Source: Macrostomum lignano
Lineage: Eukaryota
Direction of reading: 5' to 3'
DNA: 64,000 nt
NCBI GenBank assembly: GCA_002269645.1
Contig: NIVC01000553.1
Location: 601,437 to 665,436, forward strand
The notes below the pieces were generated by a model. It ran no database searches. It was not told where the DNA came from and was given only the letters and a program-made list of their open reading frames with translations. Below, one piece after another: positions 47,566 to 64,000 of the stretch. How positions within the stretch are numbered: the stretch's first letter is position 1; every line of letters begins with the position of its first letter. Both the position numbers and the translations under genes were made by a program.

Positions 47566-49117
47566 TTAATCTGTTTTGGATTTTTCGGCTTTTTTCTCTA
47601 AAATTTAGACAGTGAATGAATATAACTCTAAGATAGATTAATGCATTACTTTTTGTGACAAAAAATCAGCCAGTAGATTATGACAAAACCGTCAGACAGG
47701 CTGACAAACCCGAGAGCTGCGAGTTCCCTAGCCTGCAAGTTACAGCCTGTCCCATGGTTTCCATCTAGGGGTCTAATTAGTCAGGCTCGACTCGATCAAG
47801 CAGGTAAAAATCTGATAAAAAGGGCAGCTGAGAATTTGCAACATGCCGTGATGTTGATTGGGGAGTTGATGAGGGGCAGCCTTCTAGGACAGGTGCATCT
47901 ATTTGACCGAATAAAAAGTCAGAGAGTTTATTTCCTTTGACGAGGGAGCTCGTGTTTACAACATTGATCCCGAGCCGAGGGGGATGTTTTCGACTTTGAA
48001 GTTGATATCTAAGAAAAGCATATCCAGAAAAATACGCGACTGTTTTAATCTGCTTAGGCATCGAATTGCCTCGCCGCCCCGTGCTAAGACGGATTAGCGT
48101 CTGTTTGGGACGAATTGAATTTGAAAGCCTAATATCCTGTCCCCGGGACACAAGACTAGAGATAACATGCTGGTTATCTTTGTATCAGTTCCGTCAACAC
48201 AGCGTCATCAAAATCCACTGAAATCTGGTACTGATTTTCAAACGGTTCGAACTGTTTGTACTGACAAATTTTCAGCTGAGGAGTGCCCTGTGCGGACGGG
48301 AAAATGAATGAGCATTGCGCCATCGATATAATTAAGCATGTGGACTGTTGTGGGCTGCCGCCCTAGCCGAGTGACTTGAAGGCATCGGTAGCCGCTTGAT
48401 TGATTGATGAGCTGCTTACGTGTAACATCAGGTAACACAGTTCCAGGCTTAGTTTGACTGGATGCAAAAAAACGGTGTATTCTATTGCACTCATGGCAGA
48501 AAAATATAGTAGATGTATGCACAGAGAGGGGCGGGAGGTCAGACATTGGGGGGAGGCTGAAAAAGCTGAGGACTAGCTTATAGATAGCCCACACCTGGTT
48601 TATGGGAGTTAGTCTTTGGCAGGCTAATAATATTATTAGTTGGATGCAGAACTCAGGCACAAAGCATCCACCCCAAAATTGAGTAGCCGCTGGGTCAATA
48701 TCCACCTAATTGATTTCGCCAAGGTTATGAATAGAAACCCATATAGCGTTGGAGACAGGGAATGACTGACTAAGCAGCTCATAAAGAGTTAGCTACATTT
48801 CATAATGTTCCAGTGAAATAACACAATCTGCTGTGTGTTTTTGAGCACTGCATGGATTGCTTGGGCTCATCCATTTTGCTCAGAAAGAGGACAGGAGAGT
48901 GCAGCAGCTTCCGGACCAGCTCAGTACGGTCTCATAATTAACTATCTTTTGCAAATGGAGAACATTACTTCACTTCGTATGGAGAGTATTTGTTTTGACC
49001 AGTCTATATTTGCTAATAGATGCATTCTGTCAATTTGACCTTATTTAGATGGCTGCTTCTAAACAAAACTTTAGGTATCAGTTTAGGGTCTTGCACTGAA
49101 GCCCTGTTCTCTAACAT

Positions 49118-49695
49118 ATGCCAGATTATGCCAGACTATGGCCAGACTATGGCCAGACTATGGCCAGACTAGCTCGTATGGCCATACTATGCCAGACTAT
49201 GGCCAGACTATGCCAGACTATGCGAGATTATGGCCAGACTGTGCCAGATTATGACAGACTATGCCAGATTATGCCAGACTATGGCCATACTATGCCAGAC
49301 TATGGCCAGACTATGGCCAGACTATGTCAGACTATGTCAGACTCTGTCAGACTATGACCAGACTATGCCAGATTATGCCAGACTATGGCCAGACTATGCC
49401 AGACTATGCGAGATTATGGCCAGACTGTGCCAGATTATGACAGACTATGCCAGATTATGCCAGACTATGGCCATACTATGCCAGACTATGGCCAGACTAT
49501 GGCCAGACTATGCCAGACTATGTCAGACTATGTCAGACTATGGCCAGACTATGCCAGATTATGCCAGACTATGCCAGACTATGGCCAGGCTATGCCAGAC
49601 TATAACAGACTATGGCCAGACTATGCCAGACTATGCCAGACTATGCCAGACTATGGCCAGACTATGGCCAGACTATGCCAGACTATGCCAGGCTA
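49118..49695. repeat. 10/11-bp minisatellite (gccagactat / ggccagactat)
   Basis: About 55 copies. Confidence 0.95.
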
Positions 49696-50346
49696 TTCTA
49701 TATATGAACGAAAAGATTTGCACTACAAAAGTACGACGTTCAAACATTTTTAAATGTAACGCTGCATATTTTTTTGCTTTCCAGCAAGTCTCTAAAAAGT
49801 GCTTTGGAAGAATAATTGCCATAAAAGTCCCGAACCGAATAAGACTTCGTTAGTTTGATGTGCTGTTTGAAAATTTTAGATCCACGACGAAAACTTCATG
49901 ATCTTTGTAATTAACTTGTCCAGTTTGATCCCCCCAGTCACGAACCAATAGAAGCAAGGAGCATTCGTGTAAACTAAGAGTTGTTATTCACCAAGCCAGC
50001 ATCAAATTTCGCGTCGGCAAAACTATCAAAACACGCAGATTCATCTGCTCTTTGATGATGATGGGTATTATTCGAAATTTGCAGTGTTGTCGGACCCGTT
50101 GAGCCGTAATAATTATCCTAGACAAGGTGAATGACTAGTTTATCCTTCCTGCCTCTCTCAGCCATCTCAGTCGCTGGTTGGTCCAGTTTCTCGGCCAGCC
50201 AACCAGAGTCCTTGTACACCCGTGCCTGGCTTCCGAGACTCCCCCCGACGAAGGGGGGCAATCGCCCTATACAAAAGAGCAGCGAGATAAAAAATAACGG
50301 AAAAAATCGCCGAAACGGAAATCAATCACAACCAGATCAAGTCGAC

Positions 50347-51555
50347 ATGATGATGCTCAACGCTACCTCTTCAATTAGATTCCAACAGCAGCTGCAGCCT
50401 CCGCCGCCTCAGCCTCCGTCGTGCGCCATCTGTCGAACGGTTGGCGCCTCCCAGCACTACGGTGTGCTGACCTGCTCCGCCTGCATGAACTTCTTCCGTC
50501 GAACCGTAACCGAGAACCTCAAATACCACTGCCTGGACGGAGGCTCGTGCATCGTGGCCGGGGCGGAGAACCGCACCAAGTGCCGGCAGTGCCGCTGGAC
50601 TCGCTGCCTGCAGATGGGCATGAAGCCGGAGTGCATCGGCGGCCCGCAGCAGCATCAGCACAGCTTGTCAACGTCGTCTTCATCGTCCAGTTTGATATCA
50701 CAGCAGCGGCTGCTGCACAGCAGCCATCACCACCGGCCTCATCATCAGCGACAGAGTCTGCGCAGCGGTTTCGACTTTCAAGAGTTCACTCCTCCTCCAC
50801 CGCGGGCGCCGCCACCTCCGCCGATGTCGCTCGGGCATGTCGCAGGGGTGCAGCCGCAGTCCAAGCAGCCGGAGCGCGACTGCTATCCATCCGAGCAGCT
50901 GTACTCTGATCCCTACCTGTACCACCTGTCTAGCATTGACATTCGCTCGCTGCGCCCCGCCTCGTCGAATCAGTTCTCCACCGCGGCGGCCGTCTCAGCC
51001 TCCGAGAGTCCAACTCGGCTCTACGTTGACACCTGGCTGGGCCTAATTGACGCTTTCGTTGCCGAGCTGATCCGCTGGTGCAAGGACCTGTCCGGATTCT
51101 GCAACCTGCGCTCCGCCGATCAGTCAACGCTGATCCGAGCAAACGGCACCAAACTGCTGGTCTTGCAGGTGCTGTGCAACTCGCTGCCGTACCAGGGCCG
51201 GCTGAAGATCTGCTCAGGCATGAGTCTGCGCCAGTTCGACTCCGGCTTCTGCTCGCGCCACCTGTTCAAACGCCTCGTGGCCGTGTGCCAGTTCGCCACT
51301 GACATGGGGCTGCGGTACGCCGAGCTGCTTCTGCTGCGCCCCATCTTCCTGCTGGATCCGCCGGAGCACCTGCAATGGGCCGGCCTCAGCCAGGTGCGCG
51401 AGCTTCAGTCCGGCTTTCTGGCCCAGCTGGCCCGGGTCTGTCCCAGCCCCGCCCGGCGGGAGCAGATGCTCATGCTAAACAAAGAACTGGAGGAATGCTG
51501 GCGACTCATCCTTGAACACCTGGAGGCTCTGATAACTCCCGGAAGTTCAACCTGA
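50347..51555 (+). CDS. Orphan nuclear receptor (C4 zinc-finger DBD plus divergent LBD), no intron in the conserved domains
   Basis: DBD CAIC-x13-CSAC...CLDGGSC...CRQCRWTRCLQMGM. LBD signature WCKDLSGFCNLRSADQSTLIR. Start uncertain: in-frame ATG at 50131, but a donor (50126) and acceptor (50336) suggest that region may be intronic. Confidence 0.92.
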   Translation: MMMLNATSSIRFQQQLQPPPPQPPSCAICRTVGASQHYGVLTCSACMNFFRRTVTENLKYHCLDGGSCIVAGAENRTKCRQCRWTRCLQMGMKPECIGGPQQHQHSLSTSSSSSSLISQQRLLHSSHHHRPHHQRQSLRSGFDFQEFTPPPPRAPPPPPMSLGHVAGVQPQSKQPERDCYPSEQLYSDPYLYHLSSIDIRSLRPASSNQFSTAAAVSASESPTRLYVDTWLGLIDAFVAELIRWCKDLSGFCNLRSADQSTLIRANGTKLLVLQVLCNSLPYQGRLKICSGMSLRQFDSGFCSRHLFKRLVAVCQFATDMGLRYAELLLLRPIFLLDPPEHLQWAGLSQVRELQSGFLAQLARVCPSPARREQMLMLNKELEECWRLILEHLEALITPGSST

Positions 51556-54280
51556 TTGTGACGTAGACTTTATTAAACTAGATTGGACATTAGTTCCGCC
51601 GATAGCCCGCAAACAGTTGGAACAGGGCATGCGAAATAACAAAGCATTATTGCGTATAACTATAGCTCGCATTGCTATTAAACGAATAAATTTCTGCAAC
51701 GTGCGTCTCGTTTCTGTGTTGCCAGTAAAAATTCTCAAGCTATGCTTTAAACTATCGCAAATCGGCCCCTCCCTGACTGTGTATGAATCAACATTCCACA
51801 TGCGTAACAATAGTAAATTAATTTTTAATTAGCTTTCATTTATTTGATTAAGCAAATTTTGCCATTGCGTGAAATTGTTGTCTTTAAATACAAAAACTGT
51901 GGATTCGTCCCGTCTTGTAAAGTTCAGGTCTAACGACCGGCTTGGGAGTTTTTCTCCATCAAAATTGAGCTCTGCAAGACTGCTCAATACAGGCAGTAGT
52001 TATGCTTGCAGGTTATGAGCACAGCGGACAGGGGGAAGGGATTGAAATTGTCTGACCTTGTATCTGTGTACGGTCGCATCATTCCCTCCCATACTTGCTC
52101 CTCTCGTCTCTGCCCCTGCCAGTCAACCCCGTATCTGTTAAGCTCATGCGAACAGGAAGGCGTGTGTTGCAGCCGCCACCGAGGCAGAAGCATGTTTATG
52201 TTACGCTGCTCAAAGTCGCTTACCCATCCAGCACCAGGGTCTAGCAGCATACACTTCTAATTGTAACTGCTCGCGTAGTGAGTTTCTTCAGTTCCCCTGT
52301 GCCCAAACTCGGTCCCCAATGCTTTTAAGGGAATCAGATTTTGGTCAGCCCGCCTGCTCCACCCGAGTCTCAAACCCCTTCTTTCTCAGGATTAAAATCC
52401 CTCAGAGGCTTTATTTTCCAAAAAGATTTTCTCGTCTCATTCTGTGTTTTTCTTCTCTTGGTACTTCTCTCTCCTCCTTCCTCTCTATGTGGCACCGTTC
52501 TTTTGGCTTTCTTAGGGCTTGCGAGAATTGTTGTGTCTCCAAGGCCGACTCTCATTAATTAGTTGCAGCGTAAATTCTCCCGCCCGGATCGGGGTGGCTG
52601 TGAGTTGCTGGGCTTTCAAAAATAAAGCTTTTTTGTTTTCTTTCCCGGCTTCAGCTGTGGCCTCAGTCCCCTCATCTTGACCGCTTCCAAGTCAGAAGTC
52701 AGTTATGAATTTTTATCCAAGAATAATGCAGGGCTTCCTGAGAAAACTAATTTTGTCGCGTTTTGAGTTTCAACTTGGCATTTTTTGAAAACGCGACAAC
52801 AACAGAGGGGGTGTTTTATGTACTTTTCCCGCAATTTGGCAGGCGTGACTTTCTTCTTAACAAGTTTTTGTCACACAAAAAATTCATCGCGGTAAAAGTG
52901 CATACAGACTAGCGAGGAACAGATGGGTCCGTGTTACGTGGCGTGTTTTTATCTGAAAATCATATTTTGTACTCACGGGGTTTTTTGCTCTCCACTTGTC
53001 TGTCCATCCTGCTTCACCCCTTTATAGTGTGTTTTTTTGCATTTTTCCTGCTTCTAGGAGAGATGCAGGGCGGAACACGTGGTGACTGAGGGCTGCAGTT
53101 GGATGTCAGCCCTTAAGTCCAGTTCAAGAACGCTATTGTTCACACCACAGACATTAAGGCATCAATTATTAGTTTGCGTAGACTGGGGCTTTAAGAAAAA
53201 AACTTGCACTTCTCAGCTCTTCTATTGATTTAGCAACTCATGCACACACGCAACACTTTGCTTTTAAAGTGTCCCGCTAGGCTAAAAACACCTGAGCTCT
53301 CACGTCAGTAATAAACTTGTTTTTCCCTTACAAATTATATGCGATCGGGTATAATTAAAGACATCCCATCGATTCACAAAATTACAGAAGACCCTGATTA
53401 TCGAGGGGTGTGCAAATATTAAAAATTTACCTGTAGCACCTGTGGCTCACATTTGTTCACACCTGAATTAGAAGCCTTTAGGTGCTATTTTTTCTGAGCC
53501 TCTGCCCTACGGCTCTTTTTGACTGTTGGGCGTCCACTAGCAACCTAGCAATATCTGGTTATCTGGGGGATGCTTGCTATTTGGGGGATGCTTGCTATTT
53601 GTGGAACGCTGGTTATCTTTGTGAAGGTTTTATTTTGTAGTGTACTTTATAAAAAATCGATTCATAGCAAACATCTTTGTCTGTGACTATTATACTCGAA
53701 TAAGTTTATTTATAAAGCTGAAGAAGGAATATGTTCTTTAGAAAATGTGCGTTTATATTGGATTTGCATAAATAATTTTTGCTCCTTGCTTATTGGCCGC
53801 CCCGAAGGGGGGCACTAGATTGCTAGTCAGATATACTAAATTTTCGATTGTTTAGGACGAAACAACTTGAAGAATTTCAGTCATGAAATTTGTGAAATTT
53901 CATTAGTAACGTCAAAGTCTAAATGAAGTTTCTGGTAACTTCTTACTGAGCAGCAGCTACCGTACCTAACGAAACAAGTACAAATAAGTGATATAAACTT
54001 AGCAGTGAGAAGGAGACAGGTGAGAGTTTCTAAACATCGGAGAACGCCGGACACTAGATGCTAAGCGGCGCTCTTCAAGTTTACTGACTGTGCTTCGCTA
54101 ACTAAGCTATAAGTTTTACACAGCCCACTTAGTGCCTGCACCTGTTGGTTAATCCTCTGTAGCCAAGCGTTAAACTAATCTAAAAGCAACAGGGGTATTT
54201 CCTGGGCAGCTGTAATCTTTAGGTTACTGTAATAACAGACTCTGTTTTAATTTCAGTCACAGCTCAGTTTTCCACTTCTG

Positions 54281-59186
<4,906 letters not shown>

Positions 59187-59350
59187 GCTTGAGATTTTCA
59201 ACTTTCAATCACTCGTTAGAGAAACAAACTGTCGGTAAAGACGCCCCCGAAAAACAAGTTTTGAGATGAGGAGTGCTAGTTTCTTTCTCTTGCAACTAGA
59301 CTTTTATAGTTTCTGCTCTGGGGGGGGGGTGCAAAAGAATTCGATCCAGT

Positions 59351-59365
59351 GTCTCCCATGGCAAC
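59351..59365. promoter_or_regulatory. Candidate RFX X-box upstream of the soluble guanylyl cyclase
   Basis: GTCTCCCATGGCAAC, with a perfect ATGGCAAC half-site, about 170 bp upstream of the ATG at 59186. Confidence 0.4.
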
Positions 59366-59899
59366 CGCGGCATGCACCAACCAGTTCTCATCAGTGGTGT
59401 TGAAGTCTCTGCAGCAATGGGACTTAGGAATTAATTGGCGGCATTGAAATGAATGGCGGCAGTCGGTAACGCGGCTTGAAGCTAATTACAACAGAGCCCC
59501 ACGAACGTCCCCAAACTAAACTAACTACAGGATATGATTCGCTTTTTAATGAGACTGAGCTATGTAAGTTTGGGGATGTTTTGGGGAGTATTTTGACAGC
59601 CGTCCATGCGTTTCAAAGCATGAGTTTGATTCGGTAGCCCAGTGCTCATTAGAAAGTCACTTTGTGGGTATGAAAAAAACGCAAAAAATCATCATTCAAC
59701 TCCTTTTTTGCTTCCATTTGGTCGAGTCCTGCAATCTGGTTGCACAATGCCTTTCCAACTCCTGCTCACTTGCATAAAGTACTTTGCTAGCACGCTCCAG
59801 TTTATCTCTGTTCAAAACAACATGCAGCAGTCTACGGTACAGGCGTAATTTCAACGCTGCAACTTCCCTATTGATTGGCGCAGGTGCTTGAATGTCTGG

Positions 59900-61000
59900 C
59901 TAAGGATATGAATCAAAGAGAGTCAATAAAGAAAGCTTTTATTTGACAAAGTCAATGTTAGAGATGGGGCTGGGAATTGAGCCTTGGGCCACAATTGAAA
60001 GAGTCGTGGAAAAGGAGTTGATGCCTTGCGGAAAGTCTGAAAAAGCAGAAAGAGTATCGCTCTCAAAGAAATGCATTTAGAAGAAGATAAGATAGAAAGG
60101 GCAATATAGTGAATAGGGTGTAAGTAGAATAGGTGAAAATGGAAAACCAATTATGGATCAAAGAGACGTTCAAGGACACTTAGAAGCAGCTGAGTTGATT
60201 GCTTTTCTGAGCTAATCAGCGCAGTTCAAGGAGTAGAAGGAAATGAGATTCAAGATGTCTGGCTTCTGTAGGGCGTTGCAAAGTTCTTGACAAGGAAAAT
60301 ATGGCTACTTGGAATGAGCGAATGAGCGACAGTACAAAGGCCCTCATTGTAGCGTCAGGCTGGCAGTGAACTGATGATGCCAGGGTTCCGACAGCTTTCT
60401 GTATCGGTAAATACAGGGACAGGAATAATCTGGAAGAGAAACACAGTGTAGCACAGTGTTTGCGGCTGTCAACGTATCCGATGACGATGTTTGAGGCTGC
60501 GTGACTATCAGGCTGGAGTAAATGAAATGCGCACAGCTGATTCTGGGGGAGAGTTGTCAAATCGCAGCTGGAGGTCGGCTTGTCCTTTCGTTATTGAGTT
60601 CATATTCGTGTGCTTCAGTTTGACTGAGGCGCCCTCCAGAATGGACTAGAGAGCTATTGGGGTAATAGAGTGGCTGGTTTATGAATTGGCTCAAGATATT
60701 CTTCTCTCTTTATTTTGCTGTCTCTGGTCTGACGGTGTTTTGTGTGCACAGCAGTGGGCAACGGGGCGTCTCAGGGTGTGACAATGCACCCTGCCGAGAG
60801 GCGGGGTGGACAGTAGAGTGAAGGAGAGGAAGAGGGCGCTGGATGGCTCTTGAGGGGTGGTGGCACAGTGGACGGCACACACAGTCAGACCGTTCCAGTC
60901 TTCTAGACAGGGGGGGGGTTGCGGCGACAGGAGGTTGGTGCGGTTGCTGGCGGGGTAAGCAGACAGCCAAGCTATCAAATTGCCGAAGAGAAAAAAGCAA
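59900..61000 (-). mobile_element. Possible very degraded LINE 5' region (zinc-knuckle-like and AP-endonuclease-like traces)
   Basis: TPRCPLLC (about 60750) and SNIVIGYVDSRKH (about 60490, weak match to IVxGDFNxxH). Frames are broken. Confidence 0.2.
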
Positions 61001-61090
61001 AGCTTATTATTGTAACTCTTACTGAATAAGAGGGAAAGAAAAGGACTAGAGATCTCGGTAAGAGAGCGGTAGAGGAGCGAGGGCTTTTCT

Positions 61091-61104
61091 GTTGCCAAGG
61101 CTGC
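61091..61104. promoter_or_regulatory. Candidate RFX X-box upstream of the Tctex1-domain gene
   Basis: GTTGCCAAGGCTGC (10/14 to GTTGCCATGGCAAC), about 110 bp upstream of the ATG at 61215. Confidence 0.3.
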
Positions 61105-61214
61105 AACTTTGAGTGATATAGCGCTTATGAACTGAAAGCTGCTTTGAGAAAGAGAATCTCGAAGAAGTATTGACTTTGGCACGTTAATCCTACCGCCCGG
61201 AGAACAACAGCAAT

Positions 61215-61769
61215 ATGGATAAGGCAAGTGTACACTCTGAAGAGGACACTCTTGCGCCTATGCAGACTGTTCAACCACCGCGTGGACCAGCTGGTGGTGC
61301 CAGGCGCGGCACGTTGATGGGCCCGAGAAAGTCCATCGCGGTGGGCCTGCTTGGCCGCTCCTCCGTGTGGACGCTCGGTCGCAAGAGTAAAGCGCAGGAC
61401 GTGAAACTGGAGAACACTTACCGGATGCAGCCTAAGGATGAAGAACGCCTGATGTCCTACCGTCTTCGCCCGACTATACAGGAAGCCCTGGAGGAATGCC
61501 TGGCAAGCTACAGCTACAGCGAGGCTACTGCTGGCAAGAAGGTTTGCGAGGTCGCCCAGATCATCCGCGACCGGGTCAAGGACGCCGGCTTCTTGCGCTA
61601 CAAGCTGGTGGTGCAGGTCCAGCTACTACAGCGCCGCCCAGACCTGTCAATCACCGTCGGCAGCCGGGCTGTCTGGTCGGCGGAAGTCGGCGACACCTGT
61701 CTGGAGGTGAAGTACAACACGAAATCAGTGCGAGCGTTGGCCACTGTGCACGCGTTTTACTTTGAGTAA
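61215..61769 (+). CDS. Tctex1-domain dynein light chain (TCTEX1D1/D4-like, N-terminally extended)
   Basis: Single ORF with LENTYRMQP, IIRDRVK...RYKLVVQV, SRAVW...DT and terminal ATVHAFYFE, all typical of the Tctex-1 family. Confidence 0.9.
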   Translation: MDKASVHSEEDTLAPMQTVQPPRGPAGGARRGTLMGPRKSIAVGLLGRSSVWTLGRKSKAQDVKLENTYRMQPKDEERLMSYRLRPTIQEALEECLASYSYSEATAGKKVCEVAQIIRDRVKDAGFLRYKLVVQVQLLQRRPDLSITVGSRAVWSAEVGDTCLEVKYNTKSVRALATVHAFYFE

Positions 61770-62555
61770 GAGAGTATCGCTGAGCCGCTTACTTTAACAT
61801 TGTCTCTTTGCCATAAGTTGGACAGTCCTATCGCCTACGAAAATGAGCTATCCGCGTTTTAAGTTTCACTGCCCGATTTAAAGTTATTTAGATCCCTTTT
61901 TTACAAATTTTCTGTATTGCTTCTGCTGTCCTTGGGCACGGTTAAACTTATTAATAATATACAAGCTCTGCGCGTAATAGACTGATATAGAGGTAATATA
62001 TGTGCCACGTTTGTATTTCACAGAGACCGCCTATTTTGTTACGCGCTTAAAATTATCGAGTTACGACTTATCTGATTTATTTTAGGTTCGATGACATTTT
62101 TCCGACAGTAAAGCCGCTTTTCTCGTGCATTGTGCTCCCAGTTAGCTCTCTTGAGTCTATTGTATCCTGCAGCAAGCAAAATAACAAGCAATAACGATAG
62201 AATTGTAAGCATATTTTGCTCAGTCCTTATTTTTTTGTGACATTTTTGAGTACGCTAGCGATTGGAGCATGAATGCTGGGATTAAATCTACAAAATTTTT
62301 GTGTATTAATATGGCAGAGAATTTTCTCTAACTATATAGTGAATTGGTACGGCTATGATACATTAAAAATGGGAGAGCATTTTAAAAAGAGATTAGCAGC
62401 GGCGCTGTTAAAGGAATATCAATAGAACAATGCGAATGCAGATGAAAATACGAGCTTAGAAGTCAGAGATACGAGTATTCAACATTACTAACTATTATTA
62501 TACAAGAGCAATCAGGTGAAACATCAATTTTCCTGTTGGCTATTGCAAATATTCA

Positions 62556-64000
62556 TTAGTCGCTGGATGAATCATCCTCTGAGCTGAGCAGAAATCTCGA
62601 CTGGCCGGTCTCAGACGCGTCGCTGGGTCGGCGGGAGACAAAGTGTCGCCGACGATGGTTCAAGTCTTCTGATCGCTGCCTCGCATGCGAGTCATAAATC
62701 AGCCAGTCGCGCTCGTTCAGACGCGACATGTCGCTCAACGCGGCGCACACAGCATCGTGGTTGGTGAGGAAGATTGCGCGCTTGTCAATGCGGCTGATGC
62801 CGGCGTTGCTCAGCATGGCTCGGATTGCAAATCGGCAATTGCATAGGTAGACAGCGATGCCGGCCTCTTGAAAGTCTCCCACGATTCTATTAAATGTTGC
62901 CCAACCTGCAGAATCGATGAAGCTACAGCAGGACATGTCAATAATTACGTGATGCACATCTGACGTCTCTGGCATTGGAGCAAAGTGATTTTCGGTTGAA
63001 GGCGCTACGGAGATGGTTGCGTCACTCTCAGCGCCGGTTTCAGCAGCAGCTGCGACGGCTGCTGCATTTTGGCGTCTACCATTTGGGACGATTGATAGGA
63101 ATCGCTTAAGACTGCGCAATCGTCTTTCGTACCGGCGCTTCTGCAAAATCAGCTTCCTTGGATTAACCGTCATGCTGTACAGGCAAGATTGAAAATGGTC
63201 TGCTGATGAGAAAAATAGGGGTCCTTCGCAACGGAACATCTTTATACCATCAATCTCCTTGGCGTTTGGAGTTAATGCAATGTTTTTGTAGATGTCCGTA
63301 TGCTCGATTCGCCCAAGGACGCAACAGTAGGGCCACTGGAAACGAAATATCACCGTGATGAGGGAGAAACCAATTCCAATCATAACACCCGTGTTGGCAT
63401 CGGTGAAAATGACAGCAAAAAAAGCGACCAGCCACAGAGAAGCATCTATTCTGCTGGTGCGCCAAAGAGCTGGCAGGTCTTTTAACTGCCAAAGAACCGA
63501 GCGCAAGTTCACCACAATGATCGCTGACAGAATACACGTCGGAGTGCTTTCAAACAGTGTTCCAAGGAAAAGCAATGTGATCAGCACGAGACCGGATGCG
63601 ATCAGATTAGCCACCTGCGTGCGACCGCCAATCGATTCGTGCAGATTAGAGCAGGTCATTGAGCTTGTGGACACGAAGCAACCGGTAAAAGATCCGAGTA
63701 TGTTAGCAGCTCCGTAAGCCAGAAACTCCTGATTCGCGTCGATGTCATTGTCATACTTCAGTGAGAATTTTTTAGCCAATGAAACCGTAATGACAAATGA
63801 CACAATGGCAATAATTAATATGTCTCGCAACAGAATGGAGTCCATGCTGACTGGAGGTGGGGACTCAGCAGGCGTAGGCCAGTCGGTATGCGGCCAACCA
63901 TTTCAACGCCAAGTTGTTGAAATCCGGTCAGTCCTGATATCAGAGTAGCCATCAGACAACAATGAGCTCTGTTGGTACCGTGGCCTTCCAGCGGCGCTTT
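62556..64000 (-). CDS. SLC26: SLC26 anion transporter (prestin/pendrin-like) with STAS domain, 3' part; two apparent 1-bp frameshifts near 63955 and 63878
   Basis: IDANQEFLAYGAANILGSF, GGRTQVANL, LGRIEHTDIY, PLFFSSAD, VIIDMSCCSFIDSAG (STAS). Upstream of 63845 the homologous peptides VPTELIVV, MATLIS...VGRIPTG and PTPAESP lie in three different frames. Confidence 0.9.

Noticed and set aside
49118-49853. MARLCQT / MPDYAR repeat proteins
   Set aside because: 10/11-bp minisatellite translation.
50131-50346. 72-aa N-terminal extension of the nuclear receptor
   Set aside because: Not supported as coding: compositionally unlike the rest and flanked by plausible splice signals. Left unresolved.

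Overview
Eukaryotic (animal) genomic DNA, not prokaryotic. It holds GT-AG intron-containing genes, TTAGGG-type repeats, SINE/LINE/MITE remnants and a very high density of minisatellites. The overall style (GC-rich exons, introns filled with minisatellites, several intron-poor genes) suggests a free-living flatworm such as Macrostomum; this is inference only. Eight protein-coding genes were reconstructed by hand with phase-consistent splice sites. (1) The 3' part of a receptor-type guanylyl cyclase (+, 7 exons, to 7176). (2) A complete PPIP5K/Vip1 inositol-pyrophosphate kinase/phosphatase (-, 11 exons, about 1400 aa, 22566-9760). (3) A signal-peptide/LRR/putative GPI-anchored protein. (4) A cathepsin A-like S10 carboxypeptidase. 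(5) An orphan nuclear receptor with a non-canonical P-box. (6) An atypical Gyc-88E-like soluble guanylyl cyclase with the O2-binding Tyr (-, 8 exons, about 664 aa). (7) A Tctex1-domain dynein light chain. (8) The 3' part of an SLC26 anion transporter carrying two apparent 1-bp frameshifts. Most long ORFs in the supplied track are artefacts of tandem repeats. I found no CRISPR, operon or defence system, and nothing that can be claimed as a new biological system from sequence alone. The best leads are nested inverted mobile-element pairs around the guanylyl cyclase exons, a hidden 45-nt in-frame cassette exon in PPIP5K, an intronic array of 10 perfect nuclear-receptor DR1 elements, the altered-P-box nuclear receptor, the predicted O2-sensing cyclase with an X-box-like upstream motif, and a 531-bp (ACT)n tract abutting a 3' splice site.
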